IMG/VR virus record: IMGVR_UViG_3300008108_000023
Coordinates: 1-64,000 of that record
Origin: a virus
Taxonomy: Duplodnaviria; Heunggongvirae; Uroviricota; Caudoviricetes
Length of the DNA: 64,000 nucleotides
Strand: one strand, 5' to 3'
Each line of letters opens with the position of its first letter. Position 1 is the first letter of the stretch. Both the position numbers and the translations under genes were made by a program. The notes beneath the pieces are model-generated. The model was not told the DNA's origin, searched no databases, and was given only the letters and a program-made list of their open reading frames with translations. Shown one piece after another: positions 38,222-48,334 of this stretch.

Positions 38222-38391
38222 TACTCAAAAGTTATTTGTTCTCTAATAATGTATTCTTTTAATGCGTTTTCCGCTTCTATTTTAGTTGCAAAAACCCCAA
38301 TAGTTTGGTCAAATTCTGTTGGGTCGGACACACCAAATTGTCCGTTTAATGTTTCATAAATGAACGTATCTAAAATTTGTTGACTTACCAT
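38222..38391 (-). CDS. small protein (below ORF-track cutoff)
   Basis: ATG at 38391; reads MVSQQILDTFIYETLNGQFGVSDPTEFDQTIGVFATKIEAENALKEY...; stop abuts the thioesterase start. Confidence 0.3.
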
Positions 38392-38398
38392 AATTAAT

Positions 38399-38563
38399 TT
38401 ATATTTCTTGATTTTTATTTGATTCCGATTCTTGATTTATTGATTCAGAATTTTTAGTCTCTTGCATTTTCTTAAATAAATTCATCAATGTGGACTCTTC
38501 TCTCTTTAATCTTTGATTACGAGCTTGAACTTTTTTTCTATGTTCTTTGTCTTTTTTTCCCAT
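38399..38563 (-). CDS. small basic protein (below ORF-track cutoff)
   Basis: MGKKDKEHRKKVQARNQRLKREESTLMNLFKKMQETKNSES...; starts 7 nt after the glnA stop. Confidence 0.3.
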   Translation of the reverse strand: MGKKDKEHRKKVQARNQRLKREESTLMNLFKKMQETKNSESINQESESNKNQEI

Positions 38564-38569
38564 GGTATT

Positions 38570-39694
38570 TTATTCTTCTTCATCTTTTCGATAACTTTCC
38601 AAGAGTTCCTCCCCTGAAAGTGTACCGTATTTATTTACAATTTTTTCGGTGTCTATTTCAACATTCATCATGTGATGAACATTATTTAATTCTTCGGCTA
38701 ATGATAAACTATCACTAATCACTTTAACGATTTTATATGGGTCCGCGTGTGATGCTGGTCTCCTGTCTTCAAGATAACCCTTCCATGTCTCACCAACGGA
38801 TTTTGGTACACGGATAGATGCACCTCTGTCTGAGACACCCCAACTAAATTTATCAATAGATTGTGTCTCAAAATGACCTGTTAATCTCAAATGGTTATCA
38901 GAACCATAAGAGTCAATATGTTCTTGTGTTCTTGATTCAAAAGACCTAAAAATTGCATTGAAGTATTGTTCACCACCCTCTTCTCTCATTTTTTGATTTG
39001 AGAAATTTGTATGTAAACCTGAACCGTTCCATTCTCCGTGGGTCATCGGTTTGGGATGTAACTCAATAGAACGACCATATTTCTCAGCAATTTTATGTAA
39101 AAAATATCTACTCATCCATAAATCATCAGAAGCGGCAATTTTACCTGTTGCAAAAATTTGGTATTCCCATTGACCTAATGCAACCTCTGAATTGGTTCCC
39201 TCCACATTGATGTCATATTTTAAACACATGTTCAAATGTTCATCAGAAATATTTCGACCAACAATATGTCCACCTACACCACAATAATAAATTCCTTGAC
39301 CGTCAATGATACCATTTCTTTCAAATCCAAGAATTGGATTATTATGTGAAGAACGAATAAAATATTCCTGTTCAAATCCAACCCAAAAATTTACATCTTC
39401 CTCACCTACTTTTGCTCTATGATTTGATGGATGAATTTCATTATTACCATCTAAAACCTCACATAATACATATACTGTATCAAGTGAACTATTTGTATGA
39501 TATAATTTTACTGGCTTAAGATAACAATCTGAAAAGTTACCTTCCGCTTGTTTAGTTGAGCTTCCGTCAAACCCCCAATTGGGGATGTGTTTCAATTCAA
39601 ATGGTGCCGGTAGGTCCACAATTTTTATTTTACTTCTGAGATTTGGCTCAGGGGAATACCCATCAAGCCATACGTATTCTACTTTTGTTTTCAT
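38570..39694 (-). CDS. glnA: glutamine synthetase, type II (eukaryote-like GS)
   Basis: GS signature WGFDGSSTKQAEGNFSDCYL and ATP-site KPMTHGEWNGSGLHTNFS, plus RGASIRVP; the 374-aa length fits GSII rather than GSI/GSIII. Confidence 0.85.
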   Translation of the reverse strand: MKTKVEYVWLDGYSPEPNLRSKIKIVDLPAPFELKHIPNWGFDGSSTKQAEGNFSDCYLKPVKLYHTNSSLDTVYVLCEVLDGNNEIHPSNHRAKVGEEDVNFWVGFEQEYFIRSSHNNPILGFERNGIIDGQGIYYCGVGGHIVGRNISDEHLNMCLKYDINVEGTNSEVALGQWEYQIFATGKIAASDDLWMSRYFLHKIAEKYGRSIELHPKPMTHGEWNGSGLHTNFSNQKMREEGGEQYFNAIFRSFESRTQEHIDSYGSDNHLRLTGHFETQSIDKFSWGVSDRGASIRVPKSVGETWKGYLEDRRPASHADPYKIVKVISDSLSLAEELNNVHHMMNVEIDTEKIVNKYGTLSGEELLESYRKDEEE

Positions 39695-39900
39695 TTTTTA
39701 TAATATATGTTTTTCTGTATCTGAATACCGACCATAAAAATTAAGAATCTCAAAGCCAAACCCCAGCTTGGTGAGGTTGCACCGGTTTCAAAAAACGTGT
39801 CTTTACGGTAGTAAAATATGGGAGTTGGTAAAAGAAACCAATGGTATTTCTTTCTTATTACAAAAAAATCCGTGATGTATTTCTTTTCTTTATTTGACAT
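39691..39900 (-). CDS. small membrane protein
   Basis: 69-aa ORF; start overlaps the glnA stop. Confidence 0.4.
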   Translation of the reverse strand: MSNKEKKYITDFFVIRKKYHWFLLPTPIFYYRKDTFFETGATSPSWGLALRFLIFMVGIQIQKNIYYKK

Positions 39901-40010
39901 TTTTTTTCTTTTTTAAATAATCTAAAACTATATTGAATGAACCAAGAGAAATTATACCAAATCCAAAATATTTTTCAATCTCGGGATTACTGGTGTTCAT
40001 TCCGTATTTT

Positions 40011-40256
40011 TCAATTATGATTCCCGTCAGAATCATCAGTACGTAAATTATTGTCCTTATATTCATATGTTTTTAAGTATTGAATTGTTTTATATAACGT
40101 GTGTGTTTCCCTCATGTTAAAAACACCGGAATAATGACCATGTTGTAAACCCATTTCAATAATTTGAATTGCCATCTGTGGGTTTAAATTATCTAAAACC
40201 ATTTCCAATTCATCATTATTGTCAAAATTTAATTGGTCGTTGAATAGTCCTTTCAT
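40011..40256 (-). CDS. hypothetical protein
   Basis: 81-aa ORF. Confidence 0.45.
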   Translation of the reverse strand: MKGLFNDQLNFDNNDELEMVLDNLNPQMAIQIIEMGLQHGHYSGVFNMRETHTLYKTIQYLKTYEYKDNNLRTDDSDGNHN

Positions 40257-40280
40257 GATATTAAAATATAGTAAACAAAT

Positions 40281-40676
40281 ATGATAAAGTCAAATATTTA
40301 TAAAAATATGTCAGTGATTATTAATAATACAAAGTTCCCTGCGGAATACCTATCCGAACCTGAAGAAATTAGTCAAGGTATGATGGGTAGAGATAATTTA
40401 AATGGTTGTATGGTTTTTAATATGGGTGGTGTTGGTCACCATTCTTTTTGGATGAAAAACTGTTTAATACCTTTGGATATTGTTTTTGTATTGAAAAATA
40501 GAATCAGTAAAATACATAGAAATTGTGAACCCGCTGGTCAAAATGAATTGAACCCAAAAAGATACACCGGCATAGGTGACCATGTTATTGAGTTTCCCGC
40601 CGGTGTTACTGATAAATTTAAAGAAGGTGACCGAGTTAATATGTATTTGGGAACACCTATGAATCCTGTCCGTTAA
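40281..40676 (+). CDS. DUF192 (COG1430)-family protein
   Basis: ISQGMMGR...GMVF...HSFWMKNCLIPLDIVFV...GDRV pattern matches the DUF192 consensus. Confidence 0.6.
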   Translation: MIKSNIYKNMSVIINNTKFPAEYLSEPEEISQGMMGRDNLNGCMVFNMGGVGHHSFWMKNCLIPLDIVFVLKNRISKIHRNCEPAGQNELNPKRYTGIGDHVIEFPAGVTDKFKEGDRVNMYLGTPMNPVR

Positions 40677-40678
40677 TT

Positions 40679-41533
40679 TTATTCTTCAAACATTACCAGT
40701 TGTTTCTTTTGGTTATCATAATCAATCAATCTCTGTTGAGATATCTTTGTGTAAGATTCTGATAACTCAAAACCAATATAATTTCTATTCAGCTTCTTAG
40801 CTGACAAAGCGGTGGTTCCACTTCCTGAAAAACAATCAACAATCAGGTCATTTTGATAGGAAAGTATTTTTATTGCTTTCATTGGGATGTCCATGGAGAA
40901 TGTGGCTTTAGTTAAAGATTTTGTGTCGTTGAAGTATTTCCATTGACCAAAGACTAATTCCATGAATTCGTTTTTGTCTTTATCTGAATAAACCCTTTTG
41001 TTTTTAAAATTACCTTCCTCGTTTTCGACCTCAATCTGATTATAAGACCATTGAGATATACCTTTTTCTTTCTTTTTGTAATCTTTCTTATATGCAAGAA
41101 TTACACATTCTTTTGGATTGTATATGTATGGTGATGATGGTGACATCCAAGAACCCCAAGCGGTTGTTTTAGAACGGTGTGGAGAATCCTCCTCTAAGTC
41201 CACAACACCAAAGAATCCAAAACCAATCTCTTTCATCATCTGCCAATATTCAGATACTAAGAAAATTCTCCCACCTCTTTCTCTAACGTTTATTTCATAT
41301 GGTATATTCAAGGCAATTCTACCATCATCTTTTAATGTACGGTAAACTTCGGATAACCATTTCTTACACCACTCAAAATACTCATCCATCGGAGCATCGT
41401 CTTTGTGCACATCATAACTAATACCGACATTGTACGGTGGACTCGTAACAAAGAGGTCTACAGTACCGTCATTTAACTCCTTAAACAGTTCTAAGCAGTC
41501 ACCCTGATAAATTTTATTCATTTCCATTGACAA
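40679..41533 (-). CDS. beta-class DNA methyltransferase (N4-cytosine/N6-adenine; SPPY)
   Basis: Motif IV DLFVTSPPYNVG N-terminal and motif I DCFSGSGTT C-terminal (PF01555-like order). Confidence 0.8.
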   Translation of the reverse strand: MSMEMNKIYQGDCLELFKELNDGTVDLFVTSPPYNVGISYDVHKDDAPMDEYFEWCKKWLSEVYRTLKDDGRIALNIPYEINVRERGGRIFLVSEYWQMMKEIGFGFFGVVDLEEDSPHRSKTTAWGSWMSPSSPYIYNPKECVILAYKKDYKKKEKGISQWSYNQIEVENEEGNFKNKRVYSDKDKNEFMELVFGQWKYFNDTKSLTKATFSMDIPMKAIKILSYQNDLIVDCFSGSGTTALSAKKLNRNYIGFELSESYTKISQQRLIDYDNQKKQLVMFEE

Positions 41534-41614
41534 ATTGTTTTCTATTTATTATTATTACAAAAGATAACGAATAAAAAACAATAAACCAAAATATTTATAA
41601 AAAAACTTAAAATC

Positions 41615-41800
41615 ATGGGATGCGGATGTAAAAAAAGAAACCAACCTGTTAGTAATCAAACGGTAAACATTCAACTAACCGAAGGTGGTTCAACACCTCC
41701 ACAGGAGATTACAATTATGGAACAACAACTTGACCAAATCATAAAAAAGGTTGAGGAGATTAACAATCAAACTAACGAAGAAAACACAGAAGGACAATAA
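41615..41800 (+). CDS. small protein with MGCGC N-terminus
   Basis: 61-aa ORF followed by a clear terminator hairpin. Confidence 0.4.
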   Translation: MGCGCKKRNQPVSNQTVNIQLTEGGSTPPQEITIMEQQLDQIIKKVEEINNQTNEENTEGQ

Positions 41801-41804
41801 ATTG

Positions 41805-41840
41805 TATCGGACAGTCTAATAAATTGTCCGATATTTTTTG
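41805..41840 (+). terminator. rho-independent terminator (TATCGGACA / TGTCCGATA stem + T-run)
   Basis: 9-bp stem with 11-nt loop immediately after the stop of 41615..41800, followed by TTTTTTG. Confidence 0.6.
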
Positions 41841-42077
41841 TCTTTTATAATATATATAAATTTATATACTTATATTATGCCTAAACAACAAACAAAACTA
41901 ACCAGCGTTAACATCATAGATGATGTTTATAAAAGATTTAAGATAAAAAGTGTAGATGGTTCAATCAATCTACAAAAATTAGTAAACCGAGCTCTTGACC
42001 TATATAACACTAGAGAAGATTTTAGAAAACAAATTGATAATCACAACGGTCTTGCACCAAACGGTTCCAAATTTTAA
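41838..42077 (+). CDS. hypothetical protein
   Basis: 79-aa ORF immediately upstream of the glycan operon. Confidence 0.4.
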   Translation: MSFIIYINLYTYIMPKQQTKLTSVNIIDDVYKRFKIKSVDGSINLQKLVNRALDLYNTREDFRKQIDNHNGLAPNGSKF

Positions 42078-42126
42078 GTTGTGAATTTTATTTCTTATAT
42101 TATCATCAATATTTTAAAACAAAAAA

Positions 42127-43584
42127 ATGATTACAATAGGTTACAGTACAAGAGAGTCCAACCCAAAATTTCAAGAATATTTAAAAAAAACTTGTGGACA
42201 CCCCAAAGTTCAAGTTATTGAAAAAGTAAACAATGGTGAAAAAAGTCTTTCACAAACTTACAATGAAATTATTCAAGAGTCGATTCATGATATTGTCGTA
42301 CTTTGTCATGATGACATTTACTTTAATACGACTTCGTGGGGTAGAAAATTAGTCAAACATTTTGAAGAATCTGACTACGGGATTCTCGGTGTTGCCGGTA
42401 CAACCAATATTCATGAGAGTGGTAGGTGGTGGACAGATAATACCAAAATGGTTGGTATTGTTAATCATGAAAATGAGGGTAAAAAATGGGAATCGAGATA
42501 TGCAAATGGAATCCCAAATTCAATTCACGAAGTTTGTTTAGTGGATGGTTTATTCATTGGAATCCACAAAAACAGAATAAAACACACTTTTGATGAGTCA
42601 GTACCGGGTTTTCATTTTTATGATATGGTATTCTGTACTAGCAATCACTTAAGTGAGGTAAACATCGGTGTTATATACAACATAAGAATCACTCACAAAT
42701 CAATCGGAATGACCAATGATTCTTGGGAAAAGAATAGGGAATTTTACATTGAAAAATTTAAAGAGAACCTACCAATTAATATAACACCAAAAATTGATTA
42801 TGACATAACCAAACCAAAACAGTTTAAAGATAAATTTAATTTAATAGTTCAAACATCAAACGATAATGAAAATTTAATTCAGTTTTTTGAAAACATAAAA
42901 AAATTACCAGTGTTTGATAGTTTACAGATTTCACTCATCTCGACGGATACCAATATAGACAATATTAGAGAATTTGAATCTGAAAATATTAAAATTTACG
43001 AGGGTTTTTTTGATACATTAAATAAAAACTTATCAGTACTGAAATGGGATGAATCGTTTATGGAATCAAAAACAGATTTGTTATTTTTCAGTAATGATAC
43101 TGTTACCGTATTGAACGACGTTTTCTCAAGTATGTATTCAATATTTAAGAGTGAAAAAAATACTTTTGGGTGCGTCTTTCCTACAGTATTAGAAAACGAC
43201 CGAACAATTTTTTCAAATGGATTGGATATAGTTCAAAACAACGAACAGTTCAATTTAATTTTTAAAAACAAATCATCTTTTTTCAATATTTTACACGGAC
43301 ACTTTCCAAACAATTTTGGTAGTATTAGTGACTTTTTTGCCACTACATCTACAAATTTAAAAATGATTGATTGGTTTGATATTAATTTAGAAACATCAAT
43401 TTATAACTTAGATTTTGCGTTGAAAACTTTACTTAAAAAACGTAAAACATTCATTGACACAAACAGTGTGGTAATGATTGATATGGCATCAAAATTTGAA
43501 AAGGTTGATGTTGAATTAAAACAAGTCTTAGGTCAGTACATAAACTCACCTGAAATTAGAAAAAATATCAAACAATTAAGATGA
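42127..43584 (+). CDS. glycan-operon protein 1 (possible glycosyltransferase)
   Basis: 485-aa first ORF of the plus-strand operon; VLCHDDIYF DxD-like motif; weak. Confidence 0.55.
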   Translation: MITIGYSTRESNPKFQEYLKKTCGHPKVQVIEKVNNGEKSLSQTYNEIIQESIHDIVVLCHDDIYFNTTSWGRKLVKHFEESDYGILGVAGTTNIHESGRWWTDNTKMVGIVNHENEGKKWESRYANGIPNSIHEVCLVDGLFIGIHKNRIKHTFDESVPGFHFYDMVFCTSNHLSEVNIGVIYNIRITHKSIGMTNDSWEKNREFYIEKFKENLPINITPKIDYDITKPKQFKDKFNLIVQTSNDNENLIQFFENIKKLPVFDSLQISLISTDTNIDNIREFESENIKIYEGFFDTLNKNLSVLKWDESFMESKTDLLFFSNDTVTVLNDVFSSMYSIFKSEKNTFGCVFPTVLENDRTIFSNGLDIVQNNEQFNLIFKNKSSFFNILHGHFPNNFGSISDFFATTSTNLKMIDWFDINLETSIYNLDFALKTLLKKRKTFIDTNSVVMIDMASKFEKVDVELKQVLGQYINSPEIRKNIKQLR

Positions 43585-44360
43585 TAAAAATTGTATCGGG
43601 ATTTACAGAAAAAGGTGGTTCTACCACTTTTTTTATAAACTTAACAAATTTCTTAAATGAAAATGGTATTGATTGCACATTTTACGGTAATCAGAATTAC
43701 CATTTAGACAAATGTAAATCAGGGAACATTGAAAAAGATTTAAAGTATGAATCTGATGATATTGTAATTACCCATTTTTTACAACTACAGGAAAGACCAC
43801 CTGTTAAAAAAGTTATTTTGTCTTGTCATGAAAAATGGTGGTTCCCTGTTGGTAAAATTAAACAGTATTGGGACCTGTGCGTGTTTTTACATGAAGAGCA
43901 TCGAAAATATCACTCGGATTACAGGGGTGATTATGTAATAATACCAAACATCAAAGAAAATTTAATTATTTCAAATAAAGAGCTGGTAAGAAATATTGCA
44001 GGAATTATTGGTACAATTGAAGACAGAAAACAGACCCATGTGTCAATACAAAGAGCATTAAAAGACAGGTGTGAAAAAATCTATTTGTTCGGTCACATCG
44101 GTGACCAAAACTATTTTGACAAATTGGTAAAACCTTTAATGAATCCAAGAGTAATTCATTACGGTCACACCACCAATAAACAAGAAATGTACGATATGAT
44201 TGGTAAGGTATATCACTCATCAAAGGGTGAGGTTGCTTGTTTGGTTAAAGATGAATGTTATTTAACCGGTACAGAGTTTTATGGTAATGAAGAGACTATG
44301 AATGAAGTTTCTAAATTAAGTAACGAAGAGATATTAACACTTTGGAAAAACATATTTTAA
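43581..44360 (+). CDS. glycan-operon protein 2
   Basis: 259-aa ORF, ATGA overlap with upstream gene. Confidence 0.5.
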   Translation: MIKIVSGFTEKGGSTTFFINLTNFLNENGIDCTFYGNQNYHLDKCKSGNIEKDLKYESDDIVITHFLQLQERPPVKKVILSCHEKWWFPVGKIKQYWDLCVFLHEEHRKYHSDYRGDYVIIPNIKENLIISNKELVRNIAGIIGTIEDRKQTHVSIQRALKDRCEKIYLFGHIGDQNYFDKLVKPLMNPRVIHYGHTTNKQEMYDMIGKVYHSSKGEVACLVKDECYLTGTEFYGNEETMNEVSKLSNEEILTLWKNIF

Positions 44361-44361
44361 A

Positions 44362-45084
44362 ATGAAGATACACGCACATATACTGTCATGGAATGAAGAA
44401 AAAATATTACCATTCACATTGGATTACTATAGTACAATCTGTGAAAAAATATTCATATACGATAATATGTCAACGGACTCCTCTGATGAGATTTATAAGA
44501 GGTACCCAAAAGTTGAGGTTATTAAATGGGATAGTGGTAATGAAATAAATGAAATTAATTACGTAAACATTAAATCCGAAGAGTATAAAAAAAGAAGTAG
44601 AGGTCAGGGTGTTGATTGGGTTATAGTTTGTGACTGTGATGAGTTTATATACCATGAAAATCTTATGGATAAACTTCAAGAGTACAAAGAAATGGGTATA
44701 ACCGTCCCAAGAATAGACGGTCACGACATGGTTAGTACTGAATTTCCAATATACGACGGTGAATTCATTACAACAAAAATTAAAACAGGTTCACAAACGT
44801 ATGAACCAATGTGTAAAAATATAATTTTTCATCCTGATTTAGATATAAAATACGGCATTGGTGGTCACAGTTTTAATTCTGTTGATGGTAAATTTTCGGA
44901 TGAGCGGGAAATAAAACTTCTTCACTATAAATTCTTGGGTAAAGACTACGTGAAGAACATTTACATTTCAAGAGCAAAGAGATTGTCATCGTTCAATAAA
45001 CAACATAAATTCGGTGAACATTATTTTAATTTACCATTCAATTACATGGACAGCATGTTAAAAGAAAATTATCAAGTTATATGA
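44362..45084 (+). CDS. glycosyltransferase-like (GT-A, DxD)
   Basis: ILSWNEEKILPF...IYDNMSTD...VCDCDEFIYHE resembles Glyco_tranf_2_4-type GT-A proteins. Confidence 0.55.
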   Translation: MKIHAHILSWNEEKILPFTLDYYSTICEKIFIYDNMSTDSSDEIYKRYPKVEVIKWDSGNEINEINYVNIKSEEYKKRSRGQGVDWVIVCDCDEFIYHENLMDKLQEYKEMGITVPRIDGHDMVSTEFPIYDGEFITTKIKTGSQTYEPMCKNIIFHPDLDIKYGIGGHSFNSVDGKFSDEREIKLLHYKFLGKDYVKNIYISRAKRLSSFNKQHKFGEHYFNLPFNYMDSMLKENYQVI

Positions 45085-45902
45085 GGAAAATACTTATATC
45101 GGATTTTACCATTAAAGAAGTACCTCACGGTGGTTCTGAATGGGTGAATCAAGTTTTAATTGATAGATTTAATCTTGAGTTTGAATATTCAAACCAAGTC
45201 AAGTCATTTGATTACAACGCCCTGTATATTATATCAAATATTTCTTTGATGAACCCAAACTTGGTTAATCAAATACAAAATTTGAACTACGTCATTATTG
45301 AAAACGATTATAAAATATGTGCAAGTAGACACCCATGGAGATATACCGACAACATAATTCCGATTGAGGAAAGAACCAACTATTCTCTTTACCGGAATGC
45401 AAAAGCGGTATTTGTTCAAACAACCGACCACATGAACGTTTATCTTAAAAACGATGTTGTTGCTAATTTTATAAATCTGAATAGTTCGATATGGTCAAAT
45501 GAGGACTTAGAATTATTGAGGAATTTAAATAAATCCAACAATGTTAAAAACGACAAATATTCTGTTTACTATACAAATAATTGGATAAAGAACACCCAAG
45601 GTAGTCTGAAGTATTGTTCTGAAAATAAATTACCGGTCCATATTCTTAAAGAATCTAAAGACAGAGTTGAATTTTTAAGTAATATGGCCAAATGTAAAGG
45701 TATTGTGTTTTTCCCGATAGCAAGAGAAACTTTTTGTAGACTGGTTGTTGAGGCAAAATGTTTAGGTTTGGAAGTAATAACGACACAAAATTATGGTGCA
45801 AGTTTAGAAGAATGGTTTAATAGGTTATCAGGTGATGAATTAATTGATTTCTTAGAAACTAACACTTTAAAAAATTTAGAAATCATTTCAACTTATATAT
45901 GA
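45081..45902 (+). CDS. glycan-operon protein 4
   Basis: 273-aa ORF, ATGA overlap at both ends. Confidence 0.5.
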   Translation: MRKILISDFTIKEVPHGGSEWVNQVLIDRFNLEFEYSNQVKSFDYNALYIISNISLMNPNLVNQIQNLNYVIIENDYKICASRHPWRYTDNIIPIEERTNYSLYRNAKAVFVQTTDHMNVYLKNDVVANFINLNSSIWSNEDLELLRNLNKSNNVKNDKYSVYYTNNWIKNTQGSLKYCSENKLPVHILKESKDRVEFLSNMAKCKGIVFFPIARETFCRLVVEAKCLGLEVITTQNYGASLEEWFNRLSGDELIDFLETNTLKNLEIISTYI

Positions 45903-46891
45903 TATTATTTTGTTACGGCACAAGACCTGAGTATATTAAAATAAAAAAATTAATAGAAATGTGTGGGGAAAGTATTCCCCATAAAATTTTATATGTTACC
46001 CAACACAAAGATATTGTATTGGGTGATTTTGATTATAAATTATCCATTGATGATACGTGTGAAAATAGATTGGATAGTATTATGTCATCCGTATTTTTAA
46101 ATTTTAAAAAAGAATTTTTGGAAGGGGTTACACATATACTTATCCAAGGGGACACCGCAACCGCTCTTTCATTATCCCTAATAGGATTACACCATAAAAA
46201 AGAAGTGATTCATTTAGAAGCGGGATTACGGACATATGACTACAATCACCCTTACCCCGAAGAAATGTATCGGCAGTTAATTAGTAGAATTTCAAACTAT
46301 AATCTTTGCCCAACAGAAAGTAACAAGATGAACTTAGAAAATGAAAAAGTTCAGGGTAAAAATTTTGTAGTTGGCAATACCGTATTAGATAATCTTAATA
46401 AAGAAAATATTACATACGAAAATAAAGTCTTAATCACTTTACATAGAAGAGAGAATCATGAGATGATGTCGGAGTGGTTTGATGTTATCAATCGATTAGC
46501 AAAGAATAATCCTGAATTAAAATTCATTCTTCCAATACACCCAAACCCAAACGTCATAAAACACAAACATATATTGACACATGTTGATGTTATTGAACCA
46601 TTAACCCATGATAAATTTATTGAGGAATTCAAATCCTGTAAATTACTAATTTCAGATAGTGGGGGTGTTCAAGAAGAGGCGTCGTTCCTAAATAAGAAAG
46701 TTATTGTATGTAGAGAAAAAACTGAGAGACCTGAGTCCTTGGGTAAAACGTCTTTTATATGTAAAAAACCCATTGACTTAGAAGGTATTTTTTACGATAT
46801 TATTAACGATTTCCAAACAGAATATGATTGTCCTTTTGGTGATGGTAATTCTTGTGAAAGAATCATTGAAATATTTAGAAAAATTGTATGA
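45899..46891 (+). CDS. UDP-N-acetylglucosamine 2-epimerase (WecB/NeuC family)
   Basis: FCYGTRPEYIKI, HLEAGLRTYD, DSGGVQEEA, ERPE and FGDGNSCERI motifs collinear with E. coli WecB. Confidence 0.85.
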   Translation: MILFCYGTRPEYIKIKKLIEMCGESIPHKILYVTQHKDIVLGDFDYKLSIDDTCENRLDSIMSSVFLNFKKEFLEGVTHILIQGDTATALSLSLIGLHHKKEVIHLEAGLRTYDYNHPYPEEMYRQLISRISNYNLCPTESNKMNLENEKVQGKNFVVGNTVLDNLNKENITYENKVLITLHRRENHEMMSEWFDVINRLAKNNPELKFILPIHPNPNVIKHKHILTHVDVIEPLTHDKFIEEFKSCKLLISDSGGVQEEASFLNKKVIVCREKTERPESLGKTSFICKKPIDLEGIFYDIINDFQTEYDCPFGDGNSCERIIEIFRKIV

Positions 46892-47616
46892 GTATAACGG
46901 TAATATTAAATGGGTATAAAAGACCACATGTTCTCCAAAAACAATTGGAATCAATTAGAAATCAAAGTGTCCAACCCGAATCAATTTTATTTTGGCAAAA
47001 TTCTGGTTCTCAATTTGATGAGGGACTAACCAAAGATTTAATTCACGCATCTTGTAATAGTAATTTAGGTGTGTGGGCAAGATTTGCATTTGCTTTAAAT
47101 GCCAACACAGAATATATTTGTGTTTTTGATGATGACACAATACCGGGTAAACTATGGTTAGAAAACTGTCTAAACACCATGAAAATTCAAGAAGGTTTAT
47201 TAGGAACTATCGGTGTAAAATTTCACACAAAAAACTCTTATTGGCCAGCAACAAGAGTCGGTTGGGACCAACCTAACGAAGAAATTGAAAAGGTCGACAT
47301 TGTTGGTCACTCGTGGTTCTTTAAAAGAGAATGGTTATCGATATTTTGGAGAGAATTACCTGAAATCAATCAGAGTAAATTAGTTGGTGAGGATATGCAC
47401 TTTTCATATACATTACAGAAATACGCAAATATCGGAACTTACGTTCCTCCCCATCCTAAAGAAAATAGAGAAATGTGGGGTAGTATACCAGAATATGCAT
47501 GGGAACATGGAACTGATTCCAACGCAATTTCCGTAAATCATTCAAATATGAATTTAATGGGTGAAGTTTACCGTGGGTATGTAAATAAAGGATTTAAGAC
47601 AATATTAAATGATTGA
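46888..47616 (+). CDS. glycosyltransferase-like (DxD)
   Basis: ITVILNGYKRP...IRNQS and FDDDTIPG motifs. Confidence 0.55.
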   Translation: MSITVILNGYKRPHVLQKQLESIRNQSVQPESILFWQNSGSQFDEGLTKDLIHASCNSNLGVWARFAFALNANTEYICVFDDDTIPGKLWLENCLNTMKIQEGLLGTIGVKFHTKNSYWPATRVGWDQPNEEIEKVDIVGHSWFFKREWLSIFWRELPEINQSKLVGEDMHFSYTLQKYANIGTYVPPHPKENREMWGSIPEYAWEHGTDSNAISVNHSNMNLMGEVYRGYVNKGFKTILND

Positions 47617-48328
47617 AAAGTATATTGAAGATTTTAATTCGTTTTGGGAAAAGATAGATAGTCGAACTAACTTTTCTTTTGTTAGATATGCCGATGGTGA
47701 AGTGATGTTAATGAATAATTCACCGATAGAAAAGAATACACAAGCGTATCAAAACGATAAATGGTTTTCGAGTGGGGGACAAACCAAATTAGGTGTGGAT
47801 TTAAATGAATGTATAGGGTTGAACGACCCAAATTTTTATTTTGCAATATCCTCCAAAACTGATAGTATTAGAGACTATAATTTTTTATATGATAGAATAC
47901 AAAATAAATCAAACATTACATTTGCTAACCTATGGATTAACGCAAATTACAAAGAAAATATATCAAGAATAAGAAATATAAATCGAGATGTTGTTTTAAT
48001 TTGTAATGAAAATTGTGATTTAAAAAACATACCATTTAGTGTATCAGAATTTGTACCGTTCCCTAATGATTGTGTAAACTATTGGGAAGAACATAGAGAT
48101 TCGTTTTTAGAAAAAATATACAATGTTTCTTCAAAATATAAAGATACTTTATTTATCGTATGTTGTGGACCAACATCTGCTGTTATCATAAAACATATGT
48201 TTACAAATAATAGTAATAACACTTATATTGATTTTGGTTCCGCATTAGATGTATTCATACATAATAAAATAACTAGACCATACATGTATGAAGGGTCACA
48301 ATATCATAATCACATATCAAAATTTTAA
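47609..48328 (+). CDS. glycan-operon protein 7
   Basis: 239-aa ORF. Confidence 0.5.
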   Translation: MIEKYIEDFNSFWEKIDSRTNFSFVRYADGEVMLMNNSPIEKNTQAYQNDKWFSSGGQTKLGVDLNECIGLNDPNFYFAISSKTDSIRDYNFLYDRIQNKSNITFANLWINANYKENISRIRNINRDVVLICNENCDLKNIPFSVSEFVPFPNDCVNYWEEHRDSFLEKIYNVSSKYKDTLFIVCCGPTSAVIIKHMFTNNSNNTYIDFGSALDVFIHNKITRPYMYEGSQYHNHISKF

Positions 48329-48334
48329 TTCAGT

